Part shown: positions 16,597 through 26,570 of the stretch, piece after piece
How positions within the stretch are numbered: position 1 is the first letter of the stretch
Layout of the letters: each line of letters begins with the position of its first letter
From: a virus
IMG/VR virus record: IMGVR_UViG_3300022842_000007
Coordinates: 1-64,000 of that record
Reading direction: 5' to 3' (one strand)
Length of the DNA: 64,000 nt
Translations under genes and position numbers: made by a program
The notes under the pieces: generated by a model
Databases searched by the model: none
The model's input: only the letters and a program-made list of their open reading frames with translations
Told to the model about the DNA's origin: nothing

Positions 16597-17958
16597 ATGA
16601 CTAACAATGCTACTACCACTAATAATGACAGAGAGAATAATCTGGATCATTTGGTAGGTCCAACTGATCCAGATGTAGATAATCAAGCCCGTGAGCGTTT
16701 GATCACTGCTCGAATAGGCCTTCTACTACGTCATTCATTCTTTGGTAATCTTGCTACTAGACTCGAACTAGTCAATGCAGATGGATGGTGTCCTACAGCG
16801 GCAACTGATGGCAAGCACCTCTACTACAACTCACGTTTCATAATGATGCTCAGAACAAAAGAAGTTGAGTTTCTTGTTGGACATGAAGTTCTTCATGTAG
16901 TCTATGATCACATGGATCGTAGAGGCTCACGCCATCCTAAACTTTGGAACATTGCTGATGATTATTGTGTCAACGCAGATTTAAAAAAACACAATGTCGG
17001 AGAGTTTATCACAACTGTTCCTTGCTTGTTTGACTACAAGTATGCAGATATGCCAGCAGAACAAATCTATGATATCCTATACGAAAACGCTGAACATATA
17101 GACATAGATCAATTAATTGACATGCTTATTGATGTGCATATGGATGGTGATGCTAGCGGGGATGGCGACGGCGACTCTGATAGTGATTCAGATGATTCAG
17201 ATGATTCAGATGGTTCAGATGGTTCTGATCCGTCAGACAAAAAAGGCAAGAGCAAGAAGCCTGGTCCTGTCAAAATGACTAAAGAAGAAAAGGACACACT
17301 CAAGCAAGAAATAAAGGAAGCAATTATATCAGCCGCACAAAACGCAGATGCAGGATCATTGCCACAAGGTGTGAAACGAATGATTGATGACTTGACTAAT
17401 CCTGTTATGCCATGGGACGATCTGCTTCAAAATAATCTAACTAGCACAGTATCAAGTGATATGTCATTTATGAAGCCTAGTCGCAGAGGATGGCACATGG
17501 ATGCTATCATGCCTGGCATGACTCCAGGAGAGTTGATCGACGTTGATATCTTTATTGATCTGTCTGGTTCAATTAGCTATGCGCAAGGTACTGAATTCTT
17601 AGCTGAGATTAAAGGTATCATGGATATGTTCACTAACTATGTCATTCATGTACATTGTTTTGATACAGAAGTTTACAATCCGCAAACATTCACCAGCGAC
17701 AACTTAGAAGATATCACTGACTACGAAATGTTAGGTGGCGGTGGTACTGACTTTACTTGCATCTTTGAACATCTTAAAGAAGAAGGACGAGTTCCAAAAC
17801 GTTTAATAGTATTCACAGACGGTTATCCTTGTGGAAGTTGGGGCGATGATAGCTATTGCGATACTACTTGGATAATACATGGCGATACGGATCCTCATCC
17901 CCCTTTTGGAACATTTGCAGTTTACCAAGAACATGTACATAAGAAATCACATGCATGA
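16597..17958 (+). CDS. DUF2201-type HExxH metallopeptidase-like domain plus VWA domain
   Basis: TAATDG, HEVLH, D/S/G-rich linker, DLSGS MIDAS, GGGTDF, FTDG; start moved to the ATG after the AGGA SD. Confidence 0.85.
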   Translation: MTNNATTTNNDRENNLDHLVGPTDPDVDNQARERLITARIGLLLRHSFFGNLATRLELVNADGWCPTAATDGKHLYYNSRFIMMLRTKEVEFLVGHEVLHVVYDHMDRRGSRHPKLWNIADDYCVNADLKKHNVGEFITTVPCLFDYKYADMPAEQIYDILYENAEHIDIDQLIDMLIDVHMDGDASGDGDGDSDSDSDDSDDSDGSDGSDPSDKKGKSKKPGPVKMTKEEKDTLKQEIKEAIISAAQNADAGSLPQGVKRMIDDLTNPVMPWDDLLQNNLTSTVSSDMSFMKPSRRGWHMDAIMPGMTPGELIDVDIFIDLSGSISYAQGTEFLAEIKGIMDMFTNYVIHVHCFDTEVYNPQTFTSDNLEDITDYEMLGGGGTDFTCIFEHLKEEGRVPKRLIVFTDGYPCGSWGDDSYCDTTWIIHGDTDPHPPFGTFAVYQEHVHKKSHA

Positions 17959-18211
17959 GGTTGACCCACCATCAGATGGATCGGATAAATTGATTTATGA
18001 ATCGCCTGATGGTGGGAAGACCGTCTATGCCAGACCATTTGGTGAAAATTTGGAGTACCGCAAAAAGGTTTATGAAAGTCCAGAGTCGATTGCAAAAAGG
18101 GCCATTCACGACCGCTGGCACATGTACAGAGATATACTCGACGCATCAAAAGATAATCCAGTACTACAAAAATTATTAGAACAAGTAGAAATACTTTATA
18201 AGTTATCATAA
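17951..18211 (+). CDS. Hypothetical protein
   Basis: LIYESPDGGKTVYAR motif; overlaps the upstream stop. Confidence 0.7.
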   Translation: MHEVDPPSDGSDKLIYESPDGGKTVYARPFGENLEYRKKVYESPESIAKRAIHDRWHMYRDILDASKDNPVLQKLLEQVEILYKLS

Positions 18212-18277
18212 GATGGAGTTAAAAATATTAATAAATTAACGTGGTTTAATAAAGACGAGTGGTTTCAGAACAGATGC

Positions 18278-18481
18278 GTGAATTATGTTCCTGCTCATTT
18301 TGTAATTGCTACTCCTTCAGCGACAGAAGAAAATCTGTTGTGGGTGTACAAGAGCACCAAGGGTAGATTTGCATTTGTTGCACATGCACTGCCATTAATG
18401 GACGTGTATATATACGATACTGATTCTTATGCGTTCGAAGATCCACAAGAGGCAATACTGTATGAACTGCGATGGGGATAA
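18278..18481 (+). CDS. Small hypothetical protein (start uncertain)
   Basis: Ends AFEDPQEAILYELRWG; the frame is open back to 18212. Confidence 0.6.
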   Translation: MNYVPAHFVIATPSATEENLLWVYKSTKGRFAFVAHALPLMDVYIYDTDSYAFEDPQEAILYELRWG

Positions 18482-18570
18482 ACGGGTAAATGAATCTCAT
18501 ATTTATTTTTTCACTGCCGTTAAACGCATTAAATAATACTGTTAATGTTTAAACCCTATAGGAGAATAAC

Positions 18571-19281
18571 ATGAGTTTTTTAAGACATGTCGGAAAACAT
18601 GGTGACCGTAAGATCGCAGTAATATTCCGCGAAGTACCAAACGAAGAGCATATGTGTCTAGTAACATATACACAACTATTAAATCAAAACATCCACGATC
18701 CGTTGATGGCCACGATTGAAAGTGATATCGGACAGAATAGTGAACAACTAGCAGATGCATTGAACAGACAGTATACTAAATCAGGTGATCGCATCTTACA
18801 AGTGTTACATGCTGAAGGAATGCTCAAGAAAATTAGAACAGCAGATGTCATTATGACACCTGGTCCCAATCAAGCTATTCGACTAGATGAGTTGAATAGA
18901 ATCTTGTCAGAAATGGCTTTGGGTGCTGATGCTACTAAGAGATTAGCAGAGTCAGATGCATCAAGAGGCATGCAGGCGCCAGATGATGTTAGACGTAGAA
19001 AAGCTGAGGGTGCAATGATCGGTGAACAACATCGTCCGATGCCAACAGCAGGCACAAACGTCTTACATGATGATGCACTTGCTGATGACTTCTTATCTCA
19101 GGCTGAAAGAATGCAGAATGAGGCAAAGTCTCTACTTGCAGAAGCCAAACGCTTAACAGAGCAAGCAAACGCTATGTTGCCAAAACCAGTTAAAGTTAAA
19201 AAAGCGGTAGTTAAAAAAGCCACTGTTAAAAAGGCTACTGCTAAAAAGAAAGCGACTGGGAAAGCAAAGACTAAGGCTTAA
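18571..19281 (+). CDS. Conserved hypothetical protein with histone-H1-like Lys/Ala tail
   Basis: AGGAG SD; C-terminus KVKKAVVKKATVKKATAKKKATGKAKTKA. Confidence 0.8.
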   Translation: MSFLRHVGKHGDRKIAVIFREVPNEEHMCLVTYTQLLNQNIHDPLMATIESDIGQNSEQLADALNRQYTKSGDRILQVLHAEGMLKKIRTADVIMTPGPNQAIRLDELNRILSEMALGADATKRLAESDASRGMQAPDDVRRRKAEGAMIGEQHRPMPTAGTNVLHDDALADDFLSQAERMQNEAKSLLAEAKRLTEQANAMLPKPVKVKKAVVKKATVKKATAKKKATGKAKTKA

Positions 19282-19300
19282 TTAAAAGAGGGGATTTGCG

Positions 19301-19600
19301 GTGACAGACAATCGATCAATACAGGACTGGGAGCGCCTCCTGGAAGATGTGGACAAGCATCGAATACCAGTTGAATTTTTAAAGAAACTTGTGCTTCGGT
19401 TAACTGAAAGAAAGCAAAAAACTATTAACATTGAAAAGCTCCTGAATTCAGGGTGCACGTGCGACACAGTAGAAATAATAGTCGGTAAACAGTTAGAAGA
19501 ATATGAACCATATATTATCAGTATAGACTTCATTCTCAATATAGAACGAATTGCGGAAGCAGTTCAACCTGAGACCGACAAACTGTTACACGGATTATAA
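19301..19600 (+). CDS. Hypothetical protein
   Basis: GAGG SD with GTG start; followed by a hairpin at 19620-19640. Confidence 0.7.
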   Translation: MTDNRSIQDWERLLEDVDKHRIPVEFLKKLVLRLTERKQKTINIEKLLNSGCTCDTVEIIVGKQLEEYEPYIISIDFILNIERIAEAVQPETDKLLHGL

Positions 19601-19668
19601 TTTCAATCTGTAAACTATAGAACGGTGCAAGGCACCGTTCGTTCCTTAACTAAACTAAAAAGGTTTTT

Positions 19669-20019
19669 ATGAGCGTATACGGAATGGCTGGAAAAACAGA
19701 CAGATTACCTGAAACCATTGATATTGTTATGACAATCAACAACATTAAACAATGGCATCACGACCGTAATTTAATTAATGGTGCAACCGACAAAGATCAA
19801 TTTTGTAAATTAATTCAAGAAGCAGGAGAACTCTCTGATAACATTTGCCAAGGTAAAGACATCAGAGATGATATCGGAGACATGATGGTTGTGTTGATCA
19901 ACATTGCTGAACGTAACAAGATAAGCATAACAGAGTGCTTAGAAGTTGCATACAATGATATCAAGGGCCGCACAGGTATAATGATAGATGGGGTATTTGT
20001 TAAGGAGTCATGTATATGA
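19669..20019 (+). CDS. MazG-like nucleotide pyrophosphohydrolase
   Basis: KLIQEAGEL...DDIGDMMVVL...AYNDIKGRTG. Confidence 0.85.
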   Translation: MSVYGMAGKTDRLPETIDIVMTINNIKQWHHDRNLINGATDKDQFCKLIQEAGELSDNICQGKDIRDDIGDMMVVLINIAERNKISITECLEVAYNDIKGRTGIMIDGVFVKESCI

Positions 20020-20690
20020 AAGTCAAACTAGTCAGTTATAGTCAAGCACCAGCATTAACAGGTGCAGACCCTAGCCCATTAGATTTAGTTGCCTATTGTG
20101 CAAGAGTAAGTAACCCAGAAAACCAAGATAATACGGAAACAAACGAAAAGCTAGTAAAGTATCTAATGAAGCATAAGCACTGGAGCCCACTTGAAATGGT
20201 AAGTGTTTGTATGTCAATTGAAACAACTAGAGATATCGCTAGACAAATTCTTCGTCATAGATCATTCTCGTTTCAAGAATTCTCTCAGCGTTATGCAGAC
20301 CCAACAAAAAGCTTGTCGTTTGAAATTAGAGAAGCACGATTCCAAGACCCCAAGAACAGACAGAACAGTATTCCATTAGATCCTGAAATGGATGGTCATG
20401 CAGTACTACAAGGCGAATGGAAGAACAAACAGCAACAAGTTATAGATGCCTCACTAGAAGCATATGTCTGGGCACTAAGTAAGGGTATCGCAAAAGAACA
20501 AGCAAGAGTAGTATTACCAGAAGGCAATACACAGAGTAGAATGTACATGAATGGTACTCTGCGTAGTTGGTTACATTATATGGAACTCCGCGGCGAAAAC
20601 GGCACTCAACAAGAACACAGAGATATCGCACATGCATGTGCAACCGTTATCGCAGACATATTTCCTTTATCTGATCTCCAAACTATTTGA
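20016..20690 (+). CDS. thyX: FAD-dependent thymidylate synthase
   Basis: RHRSFSFQEFSQRY signature, HWSPLE, EQAR. Confidence 0.95.
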   Translation: MKVKLVSYSQAPALTGADPSPLDLVAYCARVSNPENQDNTETNEKLVKYLMKHKHWSPLEMVSVCMSIETTRDIARQILRHRSFSFQEFSQRYADPTKSLSFEIREARFQDPKNRQNSIPLDPEMDGHAVLQGEWKNKQQQVIDASLEAYVWALSKGIAKEQARVVLPEGNTQSRMYMNGTLRSWLHYMELRGENGTQQEHRDIAHACATVIADIFPLSDLQTI

Positions 20691-21052
20691 CATCGAGGGT
20701 GTTAATGTATAGAATTGATGCTATGAAAGATTTGGTGAGGGTAAAAGCAGAATCGGAAGCACAGAAAACATTAGTGTATGAAATTTTTATAGACGATGAC
20801 ATGTTAATAGACGATCCTGATTCAATCCTAGCTGACCCTATTGGCACCTGGCAACAAAGTGAATCAGGAAAATATATTATGGAACATAGTAACCCAAGTC
20901 CTAAATGGGTTAAAGGCAATTCGATGATCAACTGCGAAGAACGATCGTTCTTCGCCGAAGAACGAATATATTCGATTTTCGGCGCAACATATAAAATAAT
21001 AGCATATCTCACCCCTGAAGAAGTTACTTATTGGACTCTAAAATTCTCATGA
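20687..21052 (+). CDS. Hypothetical protein
   Basis: Coupled on both sides; C-terminus YLTPEEVTYWTLKFS. Confidence 0.65.
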   Translation: MTSRVLMYRIDAMKDLVRVKAESEAQKTLVYEIFIDDDMLIDDPDSILADPIGTWQQSESGKYIMEHSNPSPKWVKGNSMINCEERSFFAEERIYSIFGATYKIIAYLTPEEVTYWTLKFS

Positions 21053-22095
21053 AAACAATACAACAAAATATATTAGTCACTGGTGGATTAGGATTCATTG
21101 GTTACAATGTCGTCGTGAGATTAATAAACGAAGGACACAAAATTTCTATCATTGATAATAAAACAAATTATGGTATTATTCCAAAAGATGAATTAGATTA
21201 TATTCATAAAGAAAGATTCTTTGCAATTGCAAATCGCATGACAGAATCCGGTGATTTAAATATCTACACGATTGACGTAGCTAATCCCGAATTAGACCAA
21301 TTGTTTAATGCAGAAAAGTTTGACAGCGTAATTCATTTAGCGAGTTTTCCTAGACAGAAAGTGGTCAATTATAATCCTACAGTAGGCTCTAAAGTAATGA
21401 GCGAAGGGCTGTTGAACTTGTTAGAACTCAGCAGTAAACACAAGGTAAACAGATTCACATACATTAGTTCATCGATGGTATACGGAGATTTCACTGACAA
21501 CGTGACTGAAGAGGCTGTATGCAATCCACAAGGACAGTATGCTATTATGAAATATGCAGGCGAATTACTAGTCAAAGACTACACACGCCAATACAACCTA
21601 CCGCACACTATAATTAGGCCTAGTGCAGTTTATGGACCAGTTGATGTCGATGACAGAGTAGTCTCTAAGTTCATGCTATCAGCAATTCAAGGTACCCCTT
21701 TGAGAGTCAATGGCAAAATGGAAAAATTAGACTTTACATTTGTTAATGATGTTGCTGACGGTATAGTCGATGCCACCCTAAGTCCTAACGCAGAAAACAA
21801 CACGTACAATCTAACACGATCAAAATCAGTTACGTTGTATGATGCGGCCAGAGCAATTACACAAATTGTAGGCAAGGGACGCATTGAGGTAAAACGAAAA
21901 GATGCAAACTTCCCTACTAGGGGTTCATTAAGCATCAAAAAAGCACAGAAAGATTTTGATTATTCTCCCAGTGTAGATATCAACGAAGGTTTTATGATCT
22001 ATTACAATTGGTTCTTGAATTCTACGTTTTGGAACAGTGTGCCTGATCTTCTTCCTAAAGCAAAGTTAAAGAAAAAGAAAAAGAAAAGTGATTAA
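21049..22095 (+). CDS. NAD-dependent nucleotide-sugar epimerase/dehydratase
   Basis: TGGLGFIG, SSSMVYG, YxxxK (YAIMK), RPSAVYGP. Confidence 0.92.
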   Translation: MKTIQQNILVTGGLGFIGYNVVVRLINEGHKISIIDNKTNYGIIPKDELDYIHKERFFAIANRMTESGDLNIYTIDVANPELDQLFNAEKFDSVIHLASFPRQKVVNYNPTVGSKVMSEGLLNLLELSSKHKVNRFTYISSSMVYGDFTDNVTEEAVCNPQGQYAIMKYAGELLVKDYTRQYNLPHTIIRPSAVYGPVDVDDRVVSKFMLSAIQGTPLRVNGKMEKLDFTFVNDVADGIVDATLSPNAENNTYNLTRSKSVTLYDAARAITQIVGKGRIEVKRKDANFPTRGSLSIKKAQKDFDYSPSVDINEGFMIYYNWFLNSTFWNSVPDLLPKAKLKKKKKKSD

Positions 22096-23215
22096 GTATT
22101 TTGGCTTAGACCGACAGTACCAAACTCTACGGGGAGAACTCTTACATGCAAGTGATAATGCATTAAAAGATGGTCAACTATCTGGTGGCATATTTGCAGA
22201 TAAGTTCTCAGATTGGCTCTCTATCAAAACAAACGCAACGGATGCTGTCTTATGTCACAGTGGCTCTCAAGCACTTGAGATCATCGCCAGATATGAAAGA
22301 GAGACCTCACCTGACCAAGATCCATATGCTGATTGGCAATATGATAAAAAAACCTATAACACAATCAGAATTCCTAACCTAACATACCCAGCAACAATGA
22401 ATGCTTTCTTAAGTGCTGGCCTCAATGTTGAGTTGTGTGATACAGACAAAAATGGACTCATGCTTCCTCAAGAAGACGGTGACCTTAAAGGGTTTATGAT
22501 AGAATGTCACGTAGGCCTATTTGGAGCCCCTACAATGCGCGTAGAGAGCGACAACGGTATCACTGTAATGAATGATAATGTTGCTATTGTAGATGGTGCA
22601 CAGCATTGGTTAGTTGCTGACGGTAATATAGGTACTGCCATGGCAATTAGTTTTGACCCTACAAAAAACTTAAACGCATCTGGTAATGGCGGAGCCATTG
22701 TGACAAATAATGAAGCATTAGCAACCTTTGCTAGACAATGGAGAGACAACGGAAAGCCCCATCACTTTTACTCTGGTACAAATAGTAAGATGAGTGAACA
22801 AGACTGTGCTCAGATATTAGTAAGATCACAATACATTGATGAATGGCAAGCACGTAGAAAACAAATCAGAGAATATTACTTAGATGCCTTTAAAGACTTG
22901 CCATTGGTTAGGTGTTTGAGCAGAGGCTTTAAGGTACACGCTGATCAGAAATTTGTAATAGATGTCGGTCCACACCGTGATAACTTACGGGCATGGCTTG
23001 CTGATAAAAAAATAGAAACCAAGATACATTATGGTACAGCCTTGTCTGAACTTCCTATTAGTGCTAAGATGACTAAACCTGATTTTATGTCTGCGAGTGT
23101 AATGCTTACAAGATCGGTGCTTAGTTTACCTATGTATCCTGAACTAACTGATGAAGAGATTGAAACAGTCGCAGATGCAGTTTGCCTCTATTTTGCAATA
23201 ATACGAGCTTTATGA
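22088..23215 (+). CDS. DegT/DnrJ/EryC1/StrS PLP-dependent sugar aminotransferase
   Basis: SGSQAL, VDGAQ, SFDPTKNL (PLP lysine), LSLPMYP. Confidence 0.9.
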   Translation: MIKYFGLDRQYQTLRGELLHASDNALKDGQLSGGIFADKFSDWLSIKTNATDAVLCHSGSQALEIIARYERETSPDQDPYADWQYDKKTYNTIRIPNLTYPATMNAFLSAGLNVELCDTDKNGLMLPQEDGDLKGFMIECHVGLFGAPTMRVESDNGITVMNDNVAIVDGAQHWLVADGNIGTAMAISFDPTKNLNASGNGGAIVTNNEALATFARQWRDNGKPHHFYSGTNSKMSEQDCAQILVRSQYIDEWQARRKQIREYYLDAFKDLPLVRCLSRGFKVHADQKFVIDVGPHRDNLRAWLADKKIETKIHYGTALSELPISAKMTKPDFMSASVMLTRSVLSLPMYPELTDEEIETVADAVCLYFAIIRAL

Positions 23216-23399
23216 GAGTATGAACCATCTGATGGAGCATATTTCAATCGACACTAATAATGATCTATCGATTTGGGATAAATTACATTGGTTTTATTTT
23301 CCTGATCTATCTGAAAAACCCGCGTCAGTAAACGAACATTAACGCATGGCAGTAATAATGCTCCTATAATACTAAATAATAGTACATTAGGAGAACAAT

Positions 23400-23837
23400 A
23401 TGATAGGAATTATCAAATCAGTATTAGGTGTTGCAGGCCCGTTAATAGGCAAGTTTATCCCTGATAAGGACAAGCAAATAGAGTTTGAACACGAACTCAA
23501 GATGGTCTTACACAACGCCAACTTACAACAAAACGAAATCAACTTAGAACAAGCAAAGCACCCAAGCATCTTTGTAGCTGGAGCAAGACCTGCTATCATG
23601 TGGATATGCGCATTCGGATTAGCCTGGGCTTATCTCGTCGCACCAATGTTAAATTGGGCGGTTGTAATTAGCGGATCTACGATAGTACTTCCAGTGATTG
23701 CAACTGAAGGCTTAATGACATTAACTCTTTCAATGCTAGGCTTAGGTGGCATGAGAAGTTTTGAGAAGATGAACGGATTAGCCAGAGAGAATATGAAGGC
23801 TACTATTAAAATATCAAATAAAGCAACAAAGGACTAA
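23400..23837 (+). CDS. Holin-like membrane protein (3TM / GTA-holin family)
   Basis: FIPDKD...EQAKHPSIFVAGARPAIMW...MLGLGGMRSFEK. Confidence 0.8.
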   Translation: MIGIIKSVLGVAGPLIGKFIPDKDKQIEFEHELKMVLHNANLQQNEINLEQAKHPSIFVAGARPAIMWICAFGLAWAYLVAPMLNWAVVISGSTIVLPVIATEGLMTLTLSMLGLGGMRSFEKMNGLARENMKATIKISNKATKD

Positions 23838-23893
23838 TACCTACATCTATATACAAGTGATAAATACAGTATAAGACTGACTGGGATAAACAT

Positions 23894-24457
23894 ATGGCTA
23901 CACAAGAAATTATTAATATTGGTTCACTTCCGAATGATGGCCTAGGCGATCCGTTAAGAGTTGCCTTTGGGAAGATTAACAACAACTTTGCTAATCTATA
24001 CTCAACCGCTGTAAATACGAGTAATAGTTATACCATTGGTAATGCAGTCAATCAAGTTATATGGGAATATCCAGCCAACGCATTCACATTGGGCAGTTTT
24101 TTCATTAAATCAAATGATCCAGGGACGATTGATCAACAAGATATAGTAATAAAGGCACAGTTAAGTGCTAATGCAACTGATGTTAAATTTAGTGCATACG
24201 CAACCACTCAGTGGGGCAACGTATTAATTGGAGGAAGTGGGTATGACATGGATGTCTCTTCTGGTAATGTTAGAATTACCGTCGATCCAGATACAGCAAA
24301 TGTTACTGGGTCACAATCATTATTTCACTTCATTAATTCTCAAGTTTTATTTCAGGGTGATGCCCCAGCTGGCTTACCATTAGCATTAGATGGGTATGTA
24401 GATTCAGAACTTGGAACAGAATCAAATTTAACTGTTACAACTGAAGAAACTCCCTAA
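23894..24457 (+). CDS. Structural protein with T4 gp9/gp10-like N-terminal motif
   Basis: INIGSLPNDGLGDPLRVAFGKINNNFANLY; late promoter upstream. Confidence 0.7.
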   Translation: MATQEIINIGSLPNDGLGDPLRVAFGKINNNFANLYSTAVNTSNSYTIGNAVNQVIWEYPANAFTLGSFFIKSNDPGTIDQQDIVIKAQLSANATDVKFSAYATTQWGNVLIGGSGYDMDVSSGNVRITVDPDTANVTGSQSLFHFINSQVLFQGDAPAGLPLALDGYVDSELGTESNLTVTTEETP

Positions 24458-24837
24458 TGAGAGCAAAAGAATTTATCACAGAACAAAATTCCTCAGGTGA
24501 AATCTCTAAGAGACAACGCTATAGCAGTAGAGGCATACACAAATTTCAAGATATAGAAGGCAGAGATAGAGTATATGAACTTAATCGCGTGATGATGGCC
24601 CTCGCCCAAGCTAATGGGGAGAAGGGAGAAAAGATAGATTTAGACTCTGAGAGTTGGGTTGGTACGAGCAACGTGGCTTTCCCGTATACCGAATTAGAAG
24701 CAAACATGTTAAAGGCGGCCTACAAAGCAGTAGGGTCTGAGTGGGAAGACTTAAACGACGGCGACATGCGTTCAACCGAACTTCCAACCACTTACAAAGA
24801 TAGTCCTGTCAAAGGATTCAAAGGATACCCGAGATAA
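24457..24837 (+). CDS. Hypothetical protein, probably internal head protein
   Basis: N-terminus MRAKEFITE resembles the T4 capsid-targeting sequence. Confidence 0.7.
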   Translation: MRAKEFITEQNSSGEISKRQRYSSRGIHKFQDIEGRDRVYELNRVMMALAQANGEKGEKIDLDSESWVGTSNVAFPYTELEANMLKAAYKAVGSEWEDLNDGDMRSTELPTTYKDSPVKGFKGYPR

Positions 24838-25553
24838 TGGCAGCCATTAATGTTCCAGTCAAAGGCTTAACAGGATTGATTACAATCTTCGCATATGCAA
24901 ATGATGCAGTAACTACAATAGCAGATGTACTTGCTTCAATCGTTGCCGCGGATGGTATTGGTGTGGGGTATTACTACAATCTAGCACTAATAAGAGATAC
25001 GAGTAAAGACAATCTTACCGCAGGTGCTACTACTCTTGCCACACTTAACTTTGTGGGCGCAACAGGCACAGATCCTTTCGCCGCAGGCTCTATCGTTAGT
25101 CAAACATTTGATAACGGAACACAAACAACTATTCCAGCAACAGATATCTTTCTTACTACCCCAGCATCTATCACAAATGCTCCTGCTAGTACCCGACAAT
25201 TCAGACAAGAGTTGAGAGTATCAGAAGTAGCACAACTTAATAGAAGAGGTGGAATTGGTGGTAACGTCAATCTACCTGCATACAATGTATTAAACACCGC
25301 TGACTTAGACTTGCTACCTGCTAAGTATGTGGGTAACGTAGCAACACAATCAGCACAGCCAGGAACAGCACCGCGAGTTGCGGGTACTTTTACAATTGGT
25401 TTCGTCTATGAAATACAAACCCTAGGTACAACTGACTTTACATTAATTGGAGCTTCAGAAAATGCAGTCGCTATCCAATTCCAAGCAACTGGTGTTGGAG
25501 TAGGAACTGGCACAGCCGCCCAACCCCTTGAGTACGCTCGTCCCTGGACTTAG
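24837..25553 (+). CDS. Probable virion structural protein with GTTDFT module
   Basis: A/T/G-rich; C-terminal YEIQTLGTTDFTLIGA...FQATGVGVGTG. Confidence 0.65.
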   Translation: MAAINVPVKGLTGLITIFAYANDAVTTIADVLASIVAADGIGVGYYYNLALIRDTSKDNLTAGATTLATLNFVGATGTDPFAAGSIVSQTFDNGTQTTIPATDIFLTTPASITNAPASTRQFRQELRVSEVAQLNRRGGIGGNVNLPAYNVLNTADLDLLPAKYVGNVATQSAQPGTAPRVAGTFTIGFVYEIQTLGTTDFTLIGASENAVAIQFQATGVGVGTGTAAQPLEYARPWT

Positions 25554-25620
25554 CAGTCCTAAAAAAATCCTGCACCTTCCATTCCTCATAAATATTACTA
25601 ACCACTAACAGGAGCAGTGC

Positions 25621-26322
25621 ATGGACGTCCCATATGATATCAACAACACACTAGACTTAATTAAATTAAAGTTTTATAATGAATGGTTATATACTGCTCA
25701 TATTTACGATGAAGGCGATAGCCAATTTCATCAAGATTTAACAACGCAAGTAGTTTCACAATATTTTGATCCATTGGCATTGCCCAAAGACGCTCATATT
25801 CTTGATCTCGGTTGTGGTCCTGGCTACTTTTTAGATGAGATGCAAAAACGTGCATACACGAATGTCGTTGGTATTACATTAAGTCCAGGAGATCAACAAC
25901 TCTGTCGGAATAAAGGCCATAATATTAAAGGATATGACCTTTCGTTCTTGCCCCAGAAAGACGGCTACCACGATGAAAGCGTAGACTTTATTTTCTTAAG
26001 ACATGCACTAGAACATTCACCTTATCCTATCTTTAGTTTAATGGAATACAATCGTGTTCTAAAGCAAGGCGCGAAGATTTATATCGAGGTACCTGCCCCA
26101 GACTGTGATCGTAAGCATGAATATAACTTGAATCATTATAGTATCTTTGGACACAATCAACTTGCGGCCCTTTTACAACGCACTGGTTTCAGTATAGATT
26201 CATTTAATAATTTAGAATTTGATCTGAACGTAGGCAAAGACGAAAATGGCAATGATATGTCTGCAACTGAAAAATATTATTGCATCGTGGCCACCAAAGC
26301 ACAGCCATTAGATATTAAATAG
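25621..26322 (+). CDS. Class I SAM-dependent methyltransferase
   Basis: ILDLGCGPG, RHALEHS, RVLKQG. Confidence 0.88.
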   Translation: MDVPYDINNTLDLIKLKFYNEWLYTAHIYDEGDSQFHQDLTTQVVSQYFDPLALPKDAHILDLGCGPGYFLDEMQKRAYTNVVGITLSPGDQQLCRNKGHNIKGYDLSFLPQKDGYHDESVDFIFLRHALEHSPYPIFSLMEYNRVLKQGAKIYIEVPAPDCDRKHEYNLNHYSIFGHNQLAALLQRTGFSIDSFNNLEFDLNVGKDENGNDMSATEKYYCIVATKAQPLDIK

Positions 26323-26329
26323 TGCGGCC

Positions 26330-26551
26330 ATGTTAACATTCATAAAATACACGCTCTCATGGATAAGTCAAAACCTGGCAGTTCCATTCTGGGCGGTAGG
26401 ACATCTACACCTAAGTTCAAATTTAGACATCTATCAAGACTTACATGTTATCATAGCATCGTGTGGTATGAATCTTATCGTCGCCATTGGATTCTTCTTT
26501 GATTACCAAGTGTACAAAAAAGAGCATGGAAAAGAGAGTAAAACCTCATAA
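26330..26551 (+). CDS. Small membrane protein
   Basis: Two hydrophobic segments. Confidence 0.6.
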   Translation: MLTFIKYTLSWISQNLAVPFWAVGHLHLSSNLDIYQDLHVIIASCGMNLIVAIGFFFDYQVYKKEHGKESKTS

Positions 26552-26570
26552 TTTTACTAAATAATAAGAT

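Noticed and set aside
17140-17235. GATTCAGAT-type microrepeat, and similar PAT repeats at ~33030-33080
   Set aside because: These encode ordinary low-complexity protein linkers.
18209-18277. Possible stop-codon readthrough joining 17951-18211 to the next in-frame ORF
   Set aside because: A TAA stop with no readthrough signal; an atypical start or a small indel explains it equally well.
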